A stretch of DNA of 64,000 nucleotides from Candidatus Moraniibacteriota bacterium (GCA_013334575.1 JAAXXG010000001.1:41280-105279), one strand, 5' to 3'. Counted from the stretch's first letter, positions 1 to 9,739 are shown. Notes: generated by a model not told the origin, from the letters alone. Numbers and translations are program-made.

Positions 1-1
1 G

Positions 2-613
2 GGTGCCGATATCGTCGTCATTCCGAACGGGGTCGATATGCCACAGGAGCCGGCGCAACCTGAGACCGGTAAACATGTCCTGTTTATCGGGCGGACCGAG
101 GTCGATCAGAAGGGGTTGGACCTCTTGGTATCCGCGTGGTCGTCGGTGGCATCTCGCGTTTCGGTACCGCTCCTGATAGCGGGTGACGGTCAGGCGACGG
201 AATCGCGGCGACTCAAGGAAATCGTCGATGGCTCCGGCTGTGCCGATTCGATACGACTCGTCGGGCACGTTACCGGAGCGGAGAAAGACAGCCTGTTCCG
301 TGATGCCGCATTGGTCGCAATCCCGTCCCGGTTCGAGACCTTTTCCATGGTCGCGCTCGAGGCGTTCTCGTACGGGCTTCCGGTTGTCGCGTTCGACATT
401 TTGAACACGGGATGGTTTCCGGATGAGGCGGCAATTCGTATCGACCTGTTCGATACGGTGTCGTTCGGCAAGGCGATTGTATCCCTTCTTGACGATCCGG
501 ACCGACGTCGTCGCATGGGTGCGGCGGCCCGGGAGTCCGTGCGGCACTATGATTGGGACGGTATCGCCGAGCGCTATATTCGACATGCCGATCTTGTGAC
601 AGGAACGCTATGA
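2..613 (+). CDS. Glycosyltransferase family 4 (GT-B), 5' partial
   Basis: VIPNGVD, FIGR..QKGLD and PSRFETFSMVALEA..GLPVV motifs; the frame is open to the window edge. Confidence 0.9.
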   Translation, partial: GADIVVIPNGVDMPQEPAQPETGKHVLFIGRTEVDQKGLDLLVSAWSSVASRVSVPLLIAGDGQATESRRLKEIVDGSGCADSIRLVGHVTGAEKDSLFRDAALVAIPSRFETFSMVALEAFSYGLPVVAFDILNTGWFPDEAAIRIDLFDTVSFGKAIVSLLDDPDRRRRMGAAARESVRHYDWDGIAERYIRHADLVTGTL

Positions 614-1398
614 ATCTGGACAATCTCATCGAAACGATCGTCGCCGAGCGGATTCCGCTCCGATTCGTCTCTCCGCACCTCGATGACGCCGCGTTGTCGT
701 GCGGCAATCTTATGACGTACCTGCTTGGGAAGACCGATATGGAGGTCTGGACGGTCTTTACCGAGGCGTCCGCTCCTCCGTATACGCTGTCTGCAAAGGC
801 GTTCCTTTCCCAGTGCGGGATTTCGGATGCCAACCGGCTGTTTAGGGTACGGAAGGACGAGGACAAAGAGGTCCTTGACAGGTTGCGGTCCGGCTTCCGT
901 CATCTCGGTCATCCGGATGCGCTCTTTCGTCGTCGGAAGGTCGGCTTGTTCCTTCGGACGATCGCCCGACTTGTTCCGGAATTCGATCATGCGTATCCGA
1001 CCTATCGATGGCATGTCGTGACAGGCCGGGTCGCCTTATCGGAGGAGGCATTTCAAAGTCATATTCTTTCGGAAATTACGGAAGGTGTGACCGAAAGGGT
1101 TCCGATTCTCTTTTTTCCGCTCGGTTTGGGAAAGCATGTGGATCACGTACTGGTACGTGAGGTCGGCTTGCAATATTCCGGTCCTGTGGTATTCTATTCC
1201 GATTTCCCATATAGCCTGTCCGATCGTCCGGATCAGGGATTCCTGGACCGTCACGGACTCCGGAGTCACCAGTTCGGAGGGGCGGAGGGGGCCAAGCGGG
1301 AACTCATCGGTCTGTACGGCAGTCAGCACCTCTTCGAGGGCGACATCCCGGTTGTTTCCGAGGAGTATTTCTTCCGTGATGCTATCATGAAAGTATGA
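610..1398 (+). CDS. PIG-L/LmbE family carbohydrate deacetylase
   Basis: SPHLDDAALSCG, R..ED and HVDH metal-binding motifs; ATG at 610 overlaps the upstream stop. Confidence 0.85.
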   Translation: MNLDNLIETIVAERIPLRFVSPHLDDAALSCGNLMTYLLGKTDMEVWTVFTEASAPPYTLSAKAFLSQCGISDANRLFRVRKDEDKEVLDRLRSGFRHLGHPDALFRRRKVGLFLRTIARLVPEFDHAYPTYRWHVVTGRVALSEEAFQSHILSEITEGVTERVPILFFPLGLGKHVDHVLVREVGLQYSGPVVFYSDFPYSLSDRPDQGFLDRHGLRSHQFGGAEGAKRELIGLYGSQHLFEGDIPVVSEEYFFRDAIMKV

Positions 1399-2999
1399 AG
1401 TTCCGATTTGAAGGCCTGAGAGATATGATCCGACGAGAGGCGTTTGTTTTTGGCTGCGTCTGGTTCGTGATGATCCTTTTGCTTGTATCGGGAATACGCG
1501 GATTACCGGGAAATCCTGGAATCGATGAATTGAATACGGCTTCATGGACTGGAACGGGCCCTTTTGAATCCTCAAACGACAGGGGGCGATTCGCATTGAC
1601 GTATTCGCTTCTTGAAGACCACTCCCTGTCGTTTTCGATTCCAGTCGCGGCATTTGCCGCTCCCGATCTTGCAGTGACGGCTGACGGGCGTTATGTGTCT
1701 CTTTTTGCGCCGGGCGTATCATTTATGCTGATACCCGGGTACTACATAGGAAGACTGTTTCATTATTCTCAGGTCGGCGCGTTCGTCGTAGTGAGTCTTG
1801 TTGCCTTCGTAAATGCAGTGTTGCTGTACCTGATTGCCCGAAGAATCGGCGTTGGGAGAATCGCATCTCTAATCGGTTCGTTTGCTTTTCTGTTCGCGAC
1901 ACCGGCATTTACGTATGCCGTGTCCGTATCGCAGCATCATTTTGCGGTATTCTTCATATTTGCAAGCATATACGCGCTTCTCAAGTGGGACGATTGGAAA
2001 GCTCTCTTATTGGTGTGGTTTCTCTGTGCATGGTCCGTCGCAGTCGATAATCCGAATCTTTTCCTGCTGTTTCCGATCGGACTCTTAGCCTTGGTTAGGA
2101 TTGTTCGGACGAGGATATCGTCGGACCGTATTCGTATCACGTTGAAGCCGTTACGGGTTTTTACCATACTGATAATGATTGTCCCGCTTGTTTTTTTCGG
2201 GTGGTATAACTCGAACGCGAACGGTAGCGCCTTTCAGCTTGCTGGAACCCTTCGGCGAGCGCTGTCGGTATCGCAGTATCAGTCTGAAAGCGAACAGAGA
2301 GAGCTCGAGACGCTTGTTGCGATGCACGAAGAGGGGACCGGAGATTCCGGGACGGATTCTCCGAGTACGGTCGGATTCTTCAAGACGAGAAACCTGTACA
2401 ACGGTTTTTTCGTCCACTTCCTCAGTCCCGATCGCGGTATTTTGTATTTTACTCCGGTCGTGCTTTTCGGGATCGCCGGACTTGTCATATTGTCCAGAAA
2501 GAGAAGGGAACTCGCGAATACTTTGATTGCCGTTGTCGGCGTGAATATCTTGTTGTATTCAATGTGGGGTGATCCCTGGGGTGGATGGTCGTTCGGGTCG
2601 AGATATCTAGTGCCAACTTATGCGGTTCTTTGTCTTGCTGCAACCGTCGCTGTCGAACAATGGAGAAAGAATCGGATATTCATGCTTGTTTTCCTGTTGA
2701 TTTTTGGGTATTCATTGTGGATAAACGTACTTGGTGCGCTCGGAACCAATGCGATTCCACCACAGGCGGAAGTTCTGGCTCTCGAGCAGCTGACCGGACA
2801 TGAGGAAAAGTATACATACCAGCGGAGTTGGGATTACCTTGTCGTTAACGGCTCGAAGTCGTTGGTGTATCAGACAATTGCGAAACAGGAGATTACCGGG
2901 ATTCAATACTACCTGATTGTCGGTTCAATCGGTATGGTTGCTGCAACCTTGCTGGTCGTAGGCCTTCATTTCTCGTCACGCGCAAAAGATACCGTATGA
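1395..2999 (+). CDS. Polytopic membrane protein, GT-C fold glycosyltransferase-like
   Basis: About 11-12 hydrophobic segments, an N-terminal loop, and a WGGWSFGSRYLVP motif typical of GT-C/PMT-like proteins. Confidence 0.65.
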   Translation: MKFRFEGLRDMIRREAFVFGCVWFVMILLLVSGIRGLPGNPGIDELNTASWTGTGPFESSNDRGRFALTYSLLEDHSLSFSIPVAAFAAPDLAVTADGRYVSLFAPGVSFMLIPGYYIGRLFHYSQVGAFVVVSLVAFVNAVLLYLIARRIGVGRIASLIGSFAFLFATPAFTYAVSVSQHHFAVFFIFASIYALLKWDDWKALLLVWFLCAWSVAVDNPNLFLLFPIGLLALVRIVRTRISSDRIRITLKPLRVFTILIMIVPLVFFGWYNSNANGSAFQLAGTLRRALSVSQYQSESEQRELETLVAMHEEGTGDSGTDSPSTVGFFKTRNLYNGFFVHFLSPDRGILYFTPVVLFGIAGLVILSRKRRELANTLIAVVGVNILLYSMWGDPWGGWSFGSRYLVPTYAVLCLAATVAVEQWRKNRIFMLVFLLIFGYSLWINVLGALGTNAIPPQAEVLALEQLTGHEEKYTYQRSWDYLVVNGSKSLVYQTIAKQEITGIQYYLIVGSIGMVAATLLVVGLHFSSRAKDTV

Positions 3000-4651
3000 G
3001 AACTCTGGATAGACATCAAAATCCCATAGAAGCGGAAATTTCGCTGGACAGGCGGAGCGCCGACCGATTCGTCAGATTCATCGATCGAAACTCGACCTTC
3101 CTTGTGACTGTCCTGCTTACCTTTGTTTCGGTATCCGCGTTCGCATATTATTACGCGAACGGCCTCGGTGTGGCGTACAACGACGCTCGGTCGCACCTCG
3201 ACATCGGCCGCCGCGTCGTCGAGGGGCTCAATCCCGGCGCCGCGCAGCTCGGATCGGTATGGCTGCCGCTCACGCACGCCCTGATGGGTCTCACCATCTG
3301 GAACGACTTCATGTGGCACTCGGGACTGGCCGGGGCGCTCTGGTCCATGATCGCGTTCGTCGGCACCGGAGTGCTGATCGACCGATACCTGAAGGAGATC
3401 GGAGTCGGCCTGCTCGGGCGCTTTACCGGTGTCGGCATCTTCGCCGCGAACCTCAATACGCTCTACCTGCAGTCGACCGCCATGACCGAACTCATGCTGC
3501 TCGGTACGATGACCGCCGGATGCTATTTCTTCCTGCTGTGGTACAAAAGACGGAAGATTCTCCATCTTGTCGCCGCGGCGTTCTTCATCGCGCTCTCGAC
3601 GCTCGTGCGGTACGACGGATGGTTCCTGCTCTTCATGGCGGCGGCGATACTCTTCCTGTCCACCTGGCGTGAGGGCGGGTACCGGAAGGCGGAGGGACTC
3701 TTCATCCTGTTCTCGACGCTCGGGGGATTCGGCGTCGCGCTCTGGGTGCTGTGGAACGCGCTTATCTTCAAGGATCCGCTTTACTTCGCGTTCGGTCCGT
3801 ATTCCGCGCATGCCCAGCAGGACCAGCTCGAGAGCGCCGGTGTCCTGCCGACCAAATGGCACTGGCTGCCGTCCATCAAGGTCTACTTTTACGCGCTCGC
3901 GTACAACTCCGGCGCGTTCACGATGATCCTCGGACTCGTCGGGCAGGTGACCATGTGGCTTGACCGGCGTCTTTCCCGGGAAGTTCGGACCGCGAGCGCG
4001 TTACTCGTCGCGCCGCTTCTCTTTAACGTGCTCGCTCTGTATCTGGGTCATTCCGTGCTCTACATCCAGGGTCTTTCCGGCGATACCTGGTTCAATGTCC
4101 GCTACGGTATCATGATGCTTCCCTCGTTCGCGATCGCGATCGGATATCTGACGGACCGACTCCGCGGTCTGCGGTTCACGCTCGTCGGACTCCTCCTGTT
4201 CACGACATTCTTCATGTTCTCGAGCGGGGATGCCGTAACCATCGACGATGCCCGCGTCGGCTCGAGTCAGAAGAACGTGAGCGAGGTGTCCGGATGGTTA
4301 CATGCCAATGCCGGACCGAAGAAGGGATTCATCCTCATCTCCGCCGCCTCTCACGACTCGGTCATCTTCTCGTCCGGTCTGCCGATGAGCCGGTTCATAC
4401 ACGAGGGCACCGGCAAATACTATGACGCGGCCATCGAAAGCCCCGATCATTGGGCTCGCTGGATCGTCGTGCGCAGCTATTCCGACGACGACTCCACCTG
4501 GCGCCAGCTCAAGGATAACGAGGGGTTCCTGGAGCGCTTTGAGAAGGTCGATTCCTATCCGTTCGCGGACATCTACGAGCTGCGACCCGAGTTCATTTCG
4601 GGCCTCGTGACGGATCAGATCTTCGCCGACAATCCGGGTAGCGAACGCTGA
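2996..4651 (+). CDS. GT-C (GT39/ArnT/PMT-like) membrane glycosyltransferase
   Basis: YNDARSHL..RR after TM1, QLGSVWLPL, AMTE and RYDGW motifs, many TM helices, C-terminal soluble domain. Confidence 0.75.
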   Translation: MRTLDRHQNPIEAEISLDRRSADRFVRFIDRNSTFLVTVLLTFVSVSAFAYYYANGLGVAYNDARSHLDIGRRVVEGLNPGAAQLGSVWLPLTHALMGLTIWNDFMWHSGLAGALWSMIAFVGTGVLIDRYLKEIGVGLLGRFTGVGIFAANLNTLYLQSTAMTELMLLGTMTAGCYFFLLWYKRRKILHLVAAAFFIALSTLVRYDGWFLLFMAAAILFLSTWREGGYRKAEGLFILFSTLGGFGVALWVLWNALIFKDPLYFAFGPYSAHAQQDQLESAGVLPTKWHWLPSIKVYFYALAYNSGAFTMILGLVGQVTMWLDRRLSREVRTASALLVAPLLFNVLALYLGHSVLYIQGLSGDTWFNVRYGIMMLPSFAIAIGYLTDRLRGLRFTLVGLLLFTTFFMFSSGDAVTIDDARVGSSQKNVSEVSGWLHANAGPKKGFILISAASHDSVIFSSGLPMSRFIHEGTGKYYDAAIESPDHWARWIVVRSYSDDDSTWRQLKDNEGFLERFEKVDSYPFADIYELRPEFISGLVTDQIFADNPGSER

Positions 4652-5934
4652 TGATCCGAAGGGCACTCTTTATTCTTGCTATCGGGACGCTCCCTGTCTT
4701 TCTGTGGGCGTACGCGAATCTCATTCCGGAGAAGCGCGTCTTTTATCCCGTCGAACGCGTCAGCACCTTTCCGTTTCAGTCGGTCGATACCATGAAGTAC
4801 TCGCGCGATCTCGCTCGCGAGAAGGCCGAGGACGTCTCTTTCGACGCGATTATCGAACGACAGGTCGCCGCCATCGCGGAATCCGGCGCGACACATGTCG
4901 CGGTCGCGACACCCTACGACGAAGAGTTCGCGCCCATGCTCGCGCGTTGGATCTCGTCGGCCAGGCGTCACGGGATCAAGGTGTGGTTCCGCGGGAACCT
5001 TTCCGGTTGGGAGGGGTGGTTCGGCTATCGGAAAATCACCCGTGCGCAGCATCTTTCCGGAATCGTCTCGTTCATCAATTCGCATCCCGAGTTCTTCGAG
5101 GATGGGGATGCGTTCTCGACCTGTCCCGAGTGCGAGAACGGCGGTCCGGGTGATCCGCGGCAGACGGGCGATGTCGCCGGTTTCCGGCAGTTCCTCGTTT
5201 CCGAGCATGATGCGGCAAGAGACGCGTTTCGAAAGATGGGAAAGGACGTGCGAACGGACCTGTTTTCCATGAACGGCGACGTCGCGCGTCTCGTGATGGA
5301 CAGACCGACGACCAAGGCGCTCGGTGGCACGGTGACCATCGATCACTACGTGAAGACGCCGGAATGGCTTGTCGCCGATGCGGAGGCTATCGCCAAGCAA
5401 AGCGGCGGGACCGTGGTATTCGGCGAATTCGGCGCGCCTATTCCGGACATACACGGCGAGATGACCGAGGAACAGCAGGCGCAGTGGCTCGAATCGGCGA
5501 TGCGTCTCCTCTCGGGCTCTTCCGCGGTGTCCGGTGCGAACTACTGGTCGGCGGTCGGAAGCTCGACGCAGCTTTGGGATAGCGAAGGGAATCCGTCCAA
5601 GGCGGCGAAGGTGCTCCGACAGTATTACCGTCCCCGTATCGCGCAGGGCATCGTCTCGGATGAGTTGGGAAGGGTATTGTCCGGTGTCTCCGTCACGTCC
5701 TCAAGCGGGGCGACGGCGGTGACCGATACACATGGGCACTATTCGTTCGGCGTTCCGGGAACGGAAACGGCGACGATCCGTTTTTCCCTGGACGGTTACG
5801 ACTCCCGAGAGGTCGCGTTTACCGGTGACACGCCGGAGACCGATGTCATTTTGCGGCCAATATATACGAACCCGCGCTACCGACTCCTGCGCCTGTTCGG
5901 CAGGTTCTTCGGTTTTTTGCACATGGCACAGTAA
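4651..5934 (+). CDS. Membrane-anchored clan-A-like glycoside hydrolase with C-terminal carboxypeptidase-regulatory-like domain
   Basis: N-terminal TM; TIM-barrel-like pattern with CPECENG (putative acid/base) and FGEFG (putative nucleophile); C-terminal GIVSDE.G..L.GV.V...TD..G.Y motif. Confidence 0.6.
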   Translation: MIRRALFILAIGTLPVFLWAYANLIPEKRVFYPVERVSTFPFQSVDTMKYSRDLAREKAEDVSFDAIIERQVAAIAESGATHVAVATPYDEEFAPMLARWISSARRHGIKVWFRGNLSGWEGWFGYRKITRAQHLSGIVSFINSHPEFFEDGDAFSTCPECENGGPGDPRQTGDVAGFRQFLVSEHDAARDAFRKMGKDVRTDLFSMNGDVARLVMDRPTTKALGGTVTIDHYVKTPEWLVADAEAIAKQSGGTVVFGEFGAPIPDIHGEMTEEQQAQWLESAMRLLSGSSAVSGANYWSAVGSSTQLWDSEGNPSKAAKVLRQYYRPRIAQGIVSDELGRVLSGVSVTSSSGATAVTDTHGHYSFGVPGTETATIRFSLDGYDSREVAFTGDTPETDVILRPIYTNPRYRLLRLFGRFFGFLHMAQ

Positions 5935-6034
5935 TCACATCAGAGGAACCGATAGTACCGATGGATATCCGAGTGTCGAATCAGTTGGTTCGCGATGAGG
6001 CGTGCAAGGAGTCTATCTCAAAATTCGCTTCACT

Positions 6035-6155
6035 GTCATTCCGGAATCCGCCCGAGCATGCGCCAGGCAAGAGCCGGAATCTATTTCCTGGATCCCACCC
6101 CGGCATTCGCAGGGCAAGGGTCAACCGGCATACGCCGGTCAAAAGCCCGGGATGA
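6035..6155. repeat. Degenerate REP-like palindromic element
   Basis: GTCATTCCGG...CCGGAATC...TGGATCCC...CGGGATGA architecture. Confidence 0.4.
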
Positions 6156-6218
6156 AAAAACCATAGTTTTCGCAGATCGAAATATGCTCTGGTATTTTCG
6201 TATTGAAAGCGACCGGAT

Positions 6219-6247
6219 TTGACAGCTTCTCCGTACGGAGGTATCAA
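6219..6247 (+). promoter_or_regulatory. Sigma70-type promoter of the TasA/SipW operon
   Basis: TTGACA-17 nt-TATCAA. Confidence 0.45.
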
Positions 6248-6350
6248 GGAGGTAAGAGCGGTGCGGAATCGGAGAGGAGTCAGTCGTTCGTCCGACGAAT
6301 GAACCTCGTATGACCTGCTACCACAATTTTCAGCCCGGTGCGGTACGGAA

Positions 6351-6404
6351 GGCCGACGGAAGCATGACAGCGAAGGCTGTCGCGTTTCCGTCGGTTTTTT
6401 CTTT
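6351..6404 (+). terminator. Intrinsic terminator inside the 5' leader (attenuator candidate)
   Basis: GCCGACGGAAGC-ATGACAGC-gaag-GCTGTCGC-GTTTCCGTCGGT followed by a T-run. Confidence 0.7.
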
Positions 6405-6518
6405 GTCTCGGAGAATGCTTCCGGGACGGGCGCAGAAACCGAGACGCCGCGGGAGCGAATCTCCCGGTCGATGTGGCGAGGTGGAAAGGTGAAATATGTT
6501 TTTCATAATTCAAATCCT

Positions 6519-7124
6519 ATGATGAAAATCTTGAAGAGTCTCGGGCTCATCGGGGCGGTCGTCGCGGTCGCGGGCGGCGCCACCTACGCGTACTTCAGCG
6601 ACACGGAGACGTCGTCGGGGAATACCATCGCCGCTGGAACGCTCGACCTGCAAATGAGCGGAGAAGGGACGGTGCCGTTCAGCGTGACGGACGCGTATCC
6701 GGGGATGCCGGCAGTGAAACGGCTTGTCCATGTGAAGAACGCGGGGTCGATCAATGGCCATCTGCAATTCACTGGCGCGACCGTCTCAAATGATGAAAAT
6801 GGTTTGAAGGAACCGGAAAGTTCAGACGGCGATAGCACGGACGGTGCGAGTGGAGGTGAGCTTTGTGCGAACCTCGAAGTGCAGGTCTCTTTCGTGGGTG
6901 GAGCATCTGATGTGGTGCTCTATCCGTGGGGATCGCTTGCGGCGCTCAATCCGACCGGAGATGCTCTGATGCCGGCGGCAGCCGAGCGGGATCTGAAGGT
7001 GGAGTTCCGCGTACCGGGAACGGTTGGAAATACGATTCAGAGTGATATTTGCGGGATCAATTACGGTCTCAAACTCGTCCAGGATGTGAATCAGGACGGA
7101 ACCGCCGATGAGGACGGACATTGA
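6519..7124 (+). CDS. tasA: TasA/CalY-like protein with SipW-dependent signal peptide (copy 1)
   Basis: GGATYAYFSDTETSSGNTIAAGTLDL N-terminus; YPG..V.VKNAGS; C-terminal GNTIQSD..L.Q. Confidence 0.85.
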   Translation: MMKILKSLGLIGAVVAVAGGATYAYFSDTETSSGNTIAAGTLDLQMSGEGTVPFSVTDAYPGMPAVKRLVHVKNAGSINGHLQFTGATVSNDENGLKEPESSDGDSTDGASGGELCANLEVQVSFVGGASDVVLYPWGSLAALNPTGDALMPAAAERDLKVEFRVPGTVGNTIQSDICGINYGLKLVQDVNQDGTADEDGH

Positions 7125-7140
7125 TCGGTAGGCTTGGTGT

Positions 7141-7170
7141 GCTCCCGGGGCCGATAGGAGCCCCGGGAGC
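7141..7170 (+). other. Perfect 11-bp GC hairpin between tasA copies, no U-tract
   Basis: GCTCCCGGGGC-cgatagga-GCCCCGGGAGC. Confidence 0.7.
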
Positions 7171-7245
7171 GGGGTGACGGTAGACTACCGTTTGACCGTG
7201 CGACGGTAACGGGAGCATGACGGATAATCCGTGTCGACGAACGAT

Positions 7246-7947
7246 ATGATGAGGATACTGAAGAGTCTGTTCCTCATTTCGGCGGTCGTCGCGGTGGTAG
7301 GAGGGGCGACATACGCGTATTTCAGTGATACCGAAACGAGCGAAGGCAATACGGTGACGGCGGGAACCCTCGACCTCAAGGTTGGCGGCAAAGACGATCC
7401 GCTTGTCGAGAAGATCTCGGTGGGCGATATATATCCCGGAAGCGTCGTTACCAAGACGTGGAAGGTGGAGAATGCCGGGTCGGTTCCCGGCAAGGTGAAG
7501 GTGAAAATCAGGAACATAGCCGATAACGACAACGGCTGCGAGGAGCCCGAATCTCCGGGTGAGATCGCGGAATACGGCTTGGCGACCTGCGGTGCGGGCG
7601 AAGGGGAACTTTCAAGTTATCTGCGCACGCGCGTGTTTCAGAGCCATGTGAACTCGAACAATCCGGACTGGGGCATCAACGACTATCATTCGTACAATCT
7701 CGCCGGGCGGCACCCGGGCGGTTCGCCGTACGGTGGTGTGAAGTATATCGAGAACCTGTCCATGGGCGGGCAGTTAACGCTCAATCCGGGCGAGTTCCAG
7801 GTCATCAAGCTCGATATGCGTCTCGATCCGGACGTGAAGAGTCTGAGCGACTGGGGCGGCTGGCTGACTCATGATGTGAATGACAATCTTCTTCAGGGTG
7901 ATTCGACGACCTTCGATGTCGAATTCACGCTGGAACAGGTACACTGA
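7246..7947 (+). CDS. tasA: TasA/CalY-like protein with SipW-dependent signal peptide (copy 2)
   Basis: GGATYAYFSDTETSEGNTVTAGTLDL; C-terminal NLLQGDSTTFDVEFTLEQ. Confidence 0.85.
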   Translation: MMRILKSLFLISAVVAVVGGATYAYFSDTETSEGNTVTAGTLDLKVGGKDDPLVEKISVGDIYPGSVVTKTWKVENAGSVPGKVKVKIRNIADNDNGCEEPESPGEIAEYGLATCGAGEGELSSYLRTRVFQSHVNSNNPDWGINDYHSYNLAGRHPGGSPYGGVKYIENLSMGGQLTLNPGEFQVIKLDMRLDPDVKSLSDWGGWLTHDVNDNLLQGDSTTFDVEFTLEQVH

Positions 7948-8039
7948 CGAAGTGGCGGAAGATCGTTCCGATCTCCTCTCCCGGCGTCGCGGCGGTGCCG
8001 GGGAGGGAGCGAGGAATATCGGAATATTACTGATAGGCA

Positions 8040-8693
8040 ATGAAACGGTTTCTCTCCATCGTGAACGGACTGGTCATGACGCTCCTCGTTTTGGTAGCGC
8101 TTCTTTCGCTTTCCTCGGCGTTCTCGGTGGGCGGGGTGCGGACCTTCTCGGTGTTGTCCGGGTCGATGGAGCCGACCATCCATACCGGAAGCGTCATCGT
8201 GACCGTACCGGCTTCGTCGTATGCAGTCGGAGACATCGTGACGCGCCGAACGGAGAACGCTTCCGTGACCGTGACGCACCGCATCGCCGAGGCATCGGAG
8301 AAGGGTGAAACGACGATGTTTCGTACGAAGGGCGATGCGAACGACATCGCGGACAGCGAGACGTTTCCGGAGGCGGATATTCTCGGCAGGGTACGCTTCT
8401 CGATCCCGTGGCTCGGCTATGTCGCGAGTTTCGCACGGACACGCGAGGGCTTCCTTCTCTTGGTCATCATCCCGGCGGTCATCGTGGTCTACGAGGAACT
8501 GCGGAAGCTGAAGGACGAGGTCGTGCGGCTTTGGCGGAAACGGCGGGAACGGAAGACCCTGTCGCGGGTCCGTATCGACGACGGGCCGAAGCCGGACCGA
8601 CCGGTCGCTCGTCCTGTTTCCGTGCCGGAAGGCAATATCGGCGAGATGCAATTCGGAGGACGGGAAGACGTGCCGAGGAAAAAGATCGTATGA
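8040..8693 (+). CDS. sipW: Signal peptidase I, SipW/ER type
   Basis: VLSGSMEP (catalytic Ser), VTHRI (His), TKGDAN..D and IPWLGY motifs. Confidence 0.92.
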   Translation: MKRFLSIVNGLVMTLLVLVALLSLSSAFSVGGVRTFSVLSGSMEPTIHTGSVIVTVPASSYAVGDIVTRRTENASVTVTHRIAEASEKGETTMFRTKGDANDIADSETFPEADILGRVRFSIPWLGYVASFARTREGFLLLVIIPAVIVVYEELRKLKDEVVRLWRKRRERKTLSRVRIDDGPKPDRPVARPVSVPEGNIGEMQFGGREDVPRKKIV

Positions 8694-9739
8694 TGCTCAC
8701 GCTTCACACTGTGCGAAATTCGAAACAGGCTCTCCGGAACGGAGCGTTCCGGGCGGCGTTCGTTTCGCTGCTTGCAGTCGCAACGGGACTGTCGGGTGGC
8801 ATGTCGGGAACGAATGCCTTCTTTTCGGATACCGAGAGCGTGACCGGAAACTCCGTAGAGGCCGGTGTCTGGATTCCGACGCTCCACGCGTCGGTGTCGC
8901 CTGCGTCGCCGAACGGGCAGTATGACGCGACTCTCTACAAGACGCGTCCGTGCGTCACGCTTTCGTATGACGGTCTCTCGTCCGGGACCGCTACCATATG
9001 GTATGAATTTTCGGACGACGGAGATCCTCGGGACGGCGGGACGGTCTACGGCGGGGCCTGTATCGAGGTTCCCGACGGGGATCCGGTTCCGTTCCAGGCT
9101 GTCGCGGTGAACGTCGCGAATCCGGACTGGAGGAGCTCGGTCTTCTCGCGGGTGTTCAGGGTGGATACGGAATGTCCGGAGATCACGCTTGAGGACCCGG
9201 ATAATGGCGATACCGTTTCGGGAACCGTGAAGCTGCGCGGCACGCTTTCCGACAAGCATCCGCATCACTACTGGCTGGTCGTCGTAAGGAAATCGAACGG
9301 GGAACAGGTGGCGGGCCCGGGTGTCGTGAACGATTCGGATAGCTTTTCGGATAAGATTCTCTATGACTGGGATACGACGAAGGTCGTCGACGGGGACTAT
9401 GTCGTCAAGTTCGAGGCGCGCGACGCGGCCGGGAACAAGTGCGAACCGGGCAAGTCGGTCGATTGGAACACCGTTACCGTTCGAAATGCCGTTCCTGTCA
9501 CGGAAGCGGGAAATATGGACGCGAATCCCGGAGACGTGACGGTTTCCACGTCCGTCTCATCTCCGTCCGCATTGACGGTCGACGGAACCGGGCTGGATGG
9601 TGTTTCTGCTACGGGTGATCCGGGAACGGCGGAGGTTGTCGTGATAGAATCGGACCAGCGGCAGGTCAGCGGCGCGGAAACGGAAGAAATACGATCCGAA
9701 GGAACGGATGTTTCCGGATCGGGTGGATCCGGAGCATGA
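8690..9739 (+). CDS. SipW-dependent secreted protein with Ig-like domains (TapA-like accessory candidate)
   Basis: GTNAFFSDTESVTGNSVEAG SipW-type N-terminus; WDTTKV.DG.Y...ARDAAGN Ig-like motif; low-complexity acidic tail. Confidence 0.75.
   Translation: MMLTLHTVRNSKQALRNGAFRAAFVSLLAVATGLSGGMSGTNAFFSDTESVTGNSVEAGVWIPTLHASVSPASPNGQYDATLYKTRPCVTLSYDGLSSGTATIWYEFSDDGDPRDGGTVYGGACIEVPDGDPVPFQAVAVNVANPDWRSSVFSRVFRVDTECPEITLEDPDNGDTVSGTVKLRGTLSDKHPHHYWLVVVRKSNGEQVAGPGVVNDSDSFSDKILYDWDTTKVVDGDYVVKFEARDAAGNKCEPGKSVDWNTVTVRNAVPVTEAGNMDANPGDVTVSTSVSSPSALTVDGTGLDGVSATGDPGTAEVVVIESDQRQVSGAETEEIRSEGTDVSGSGGSGA

Noticed and set aside
6250-6404. c-di-GMP or other known riboswitch in the tasA leader
   Set aside because: I could not find the GEMM consensus elements or other aptamer signatures by eye; kept only as an unknown attenuator
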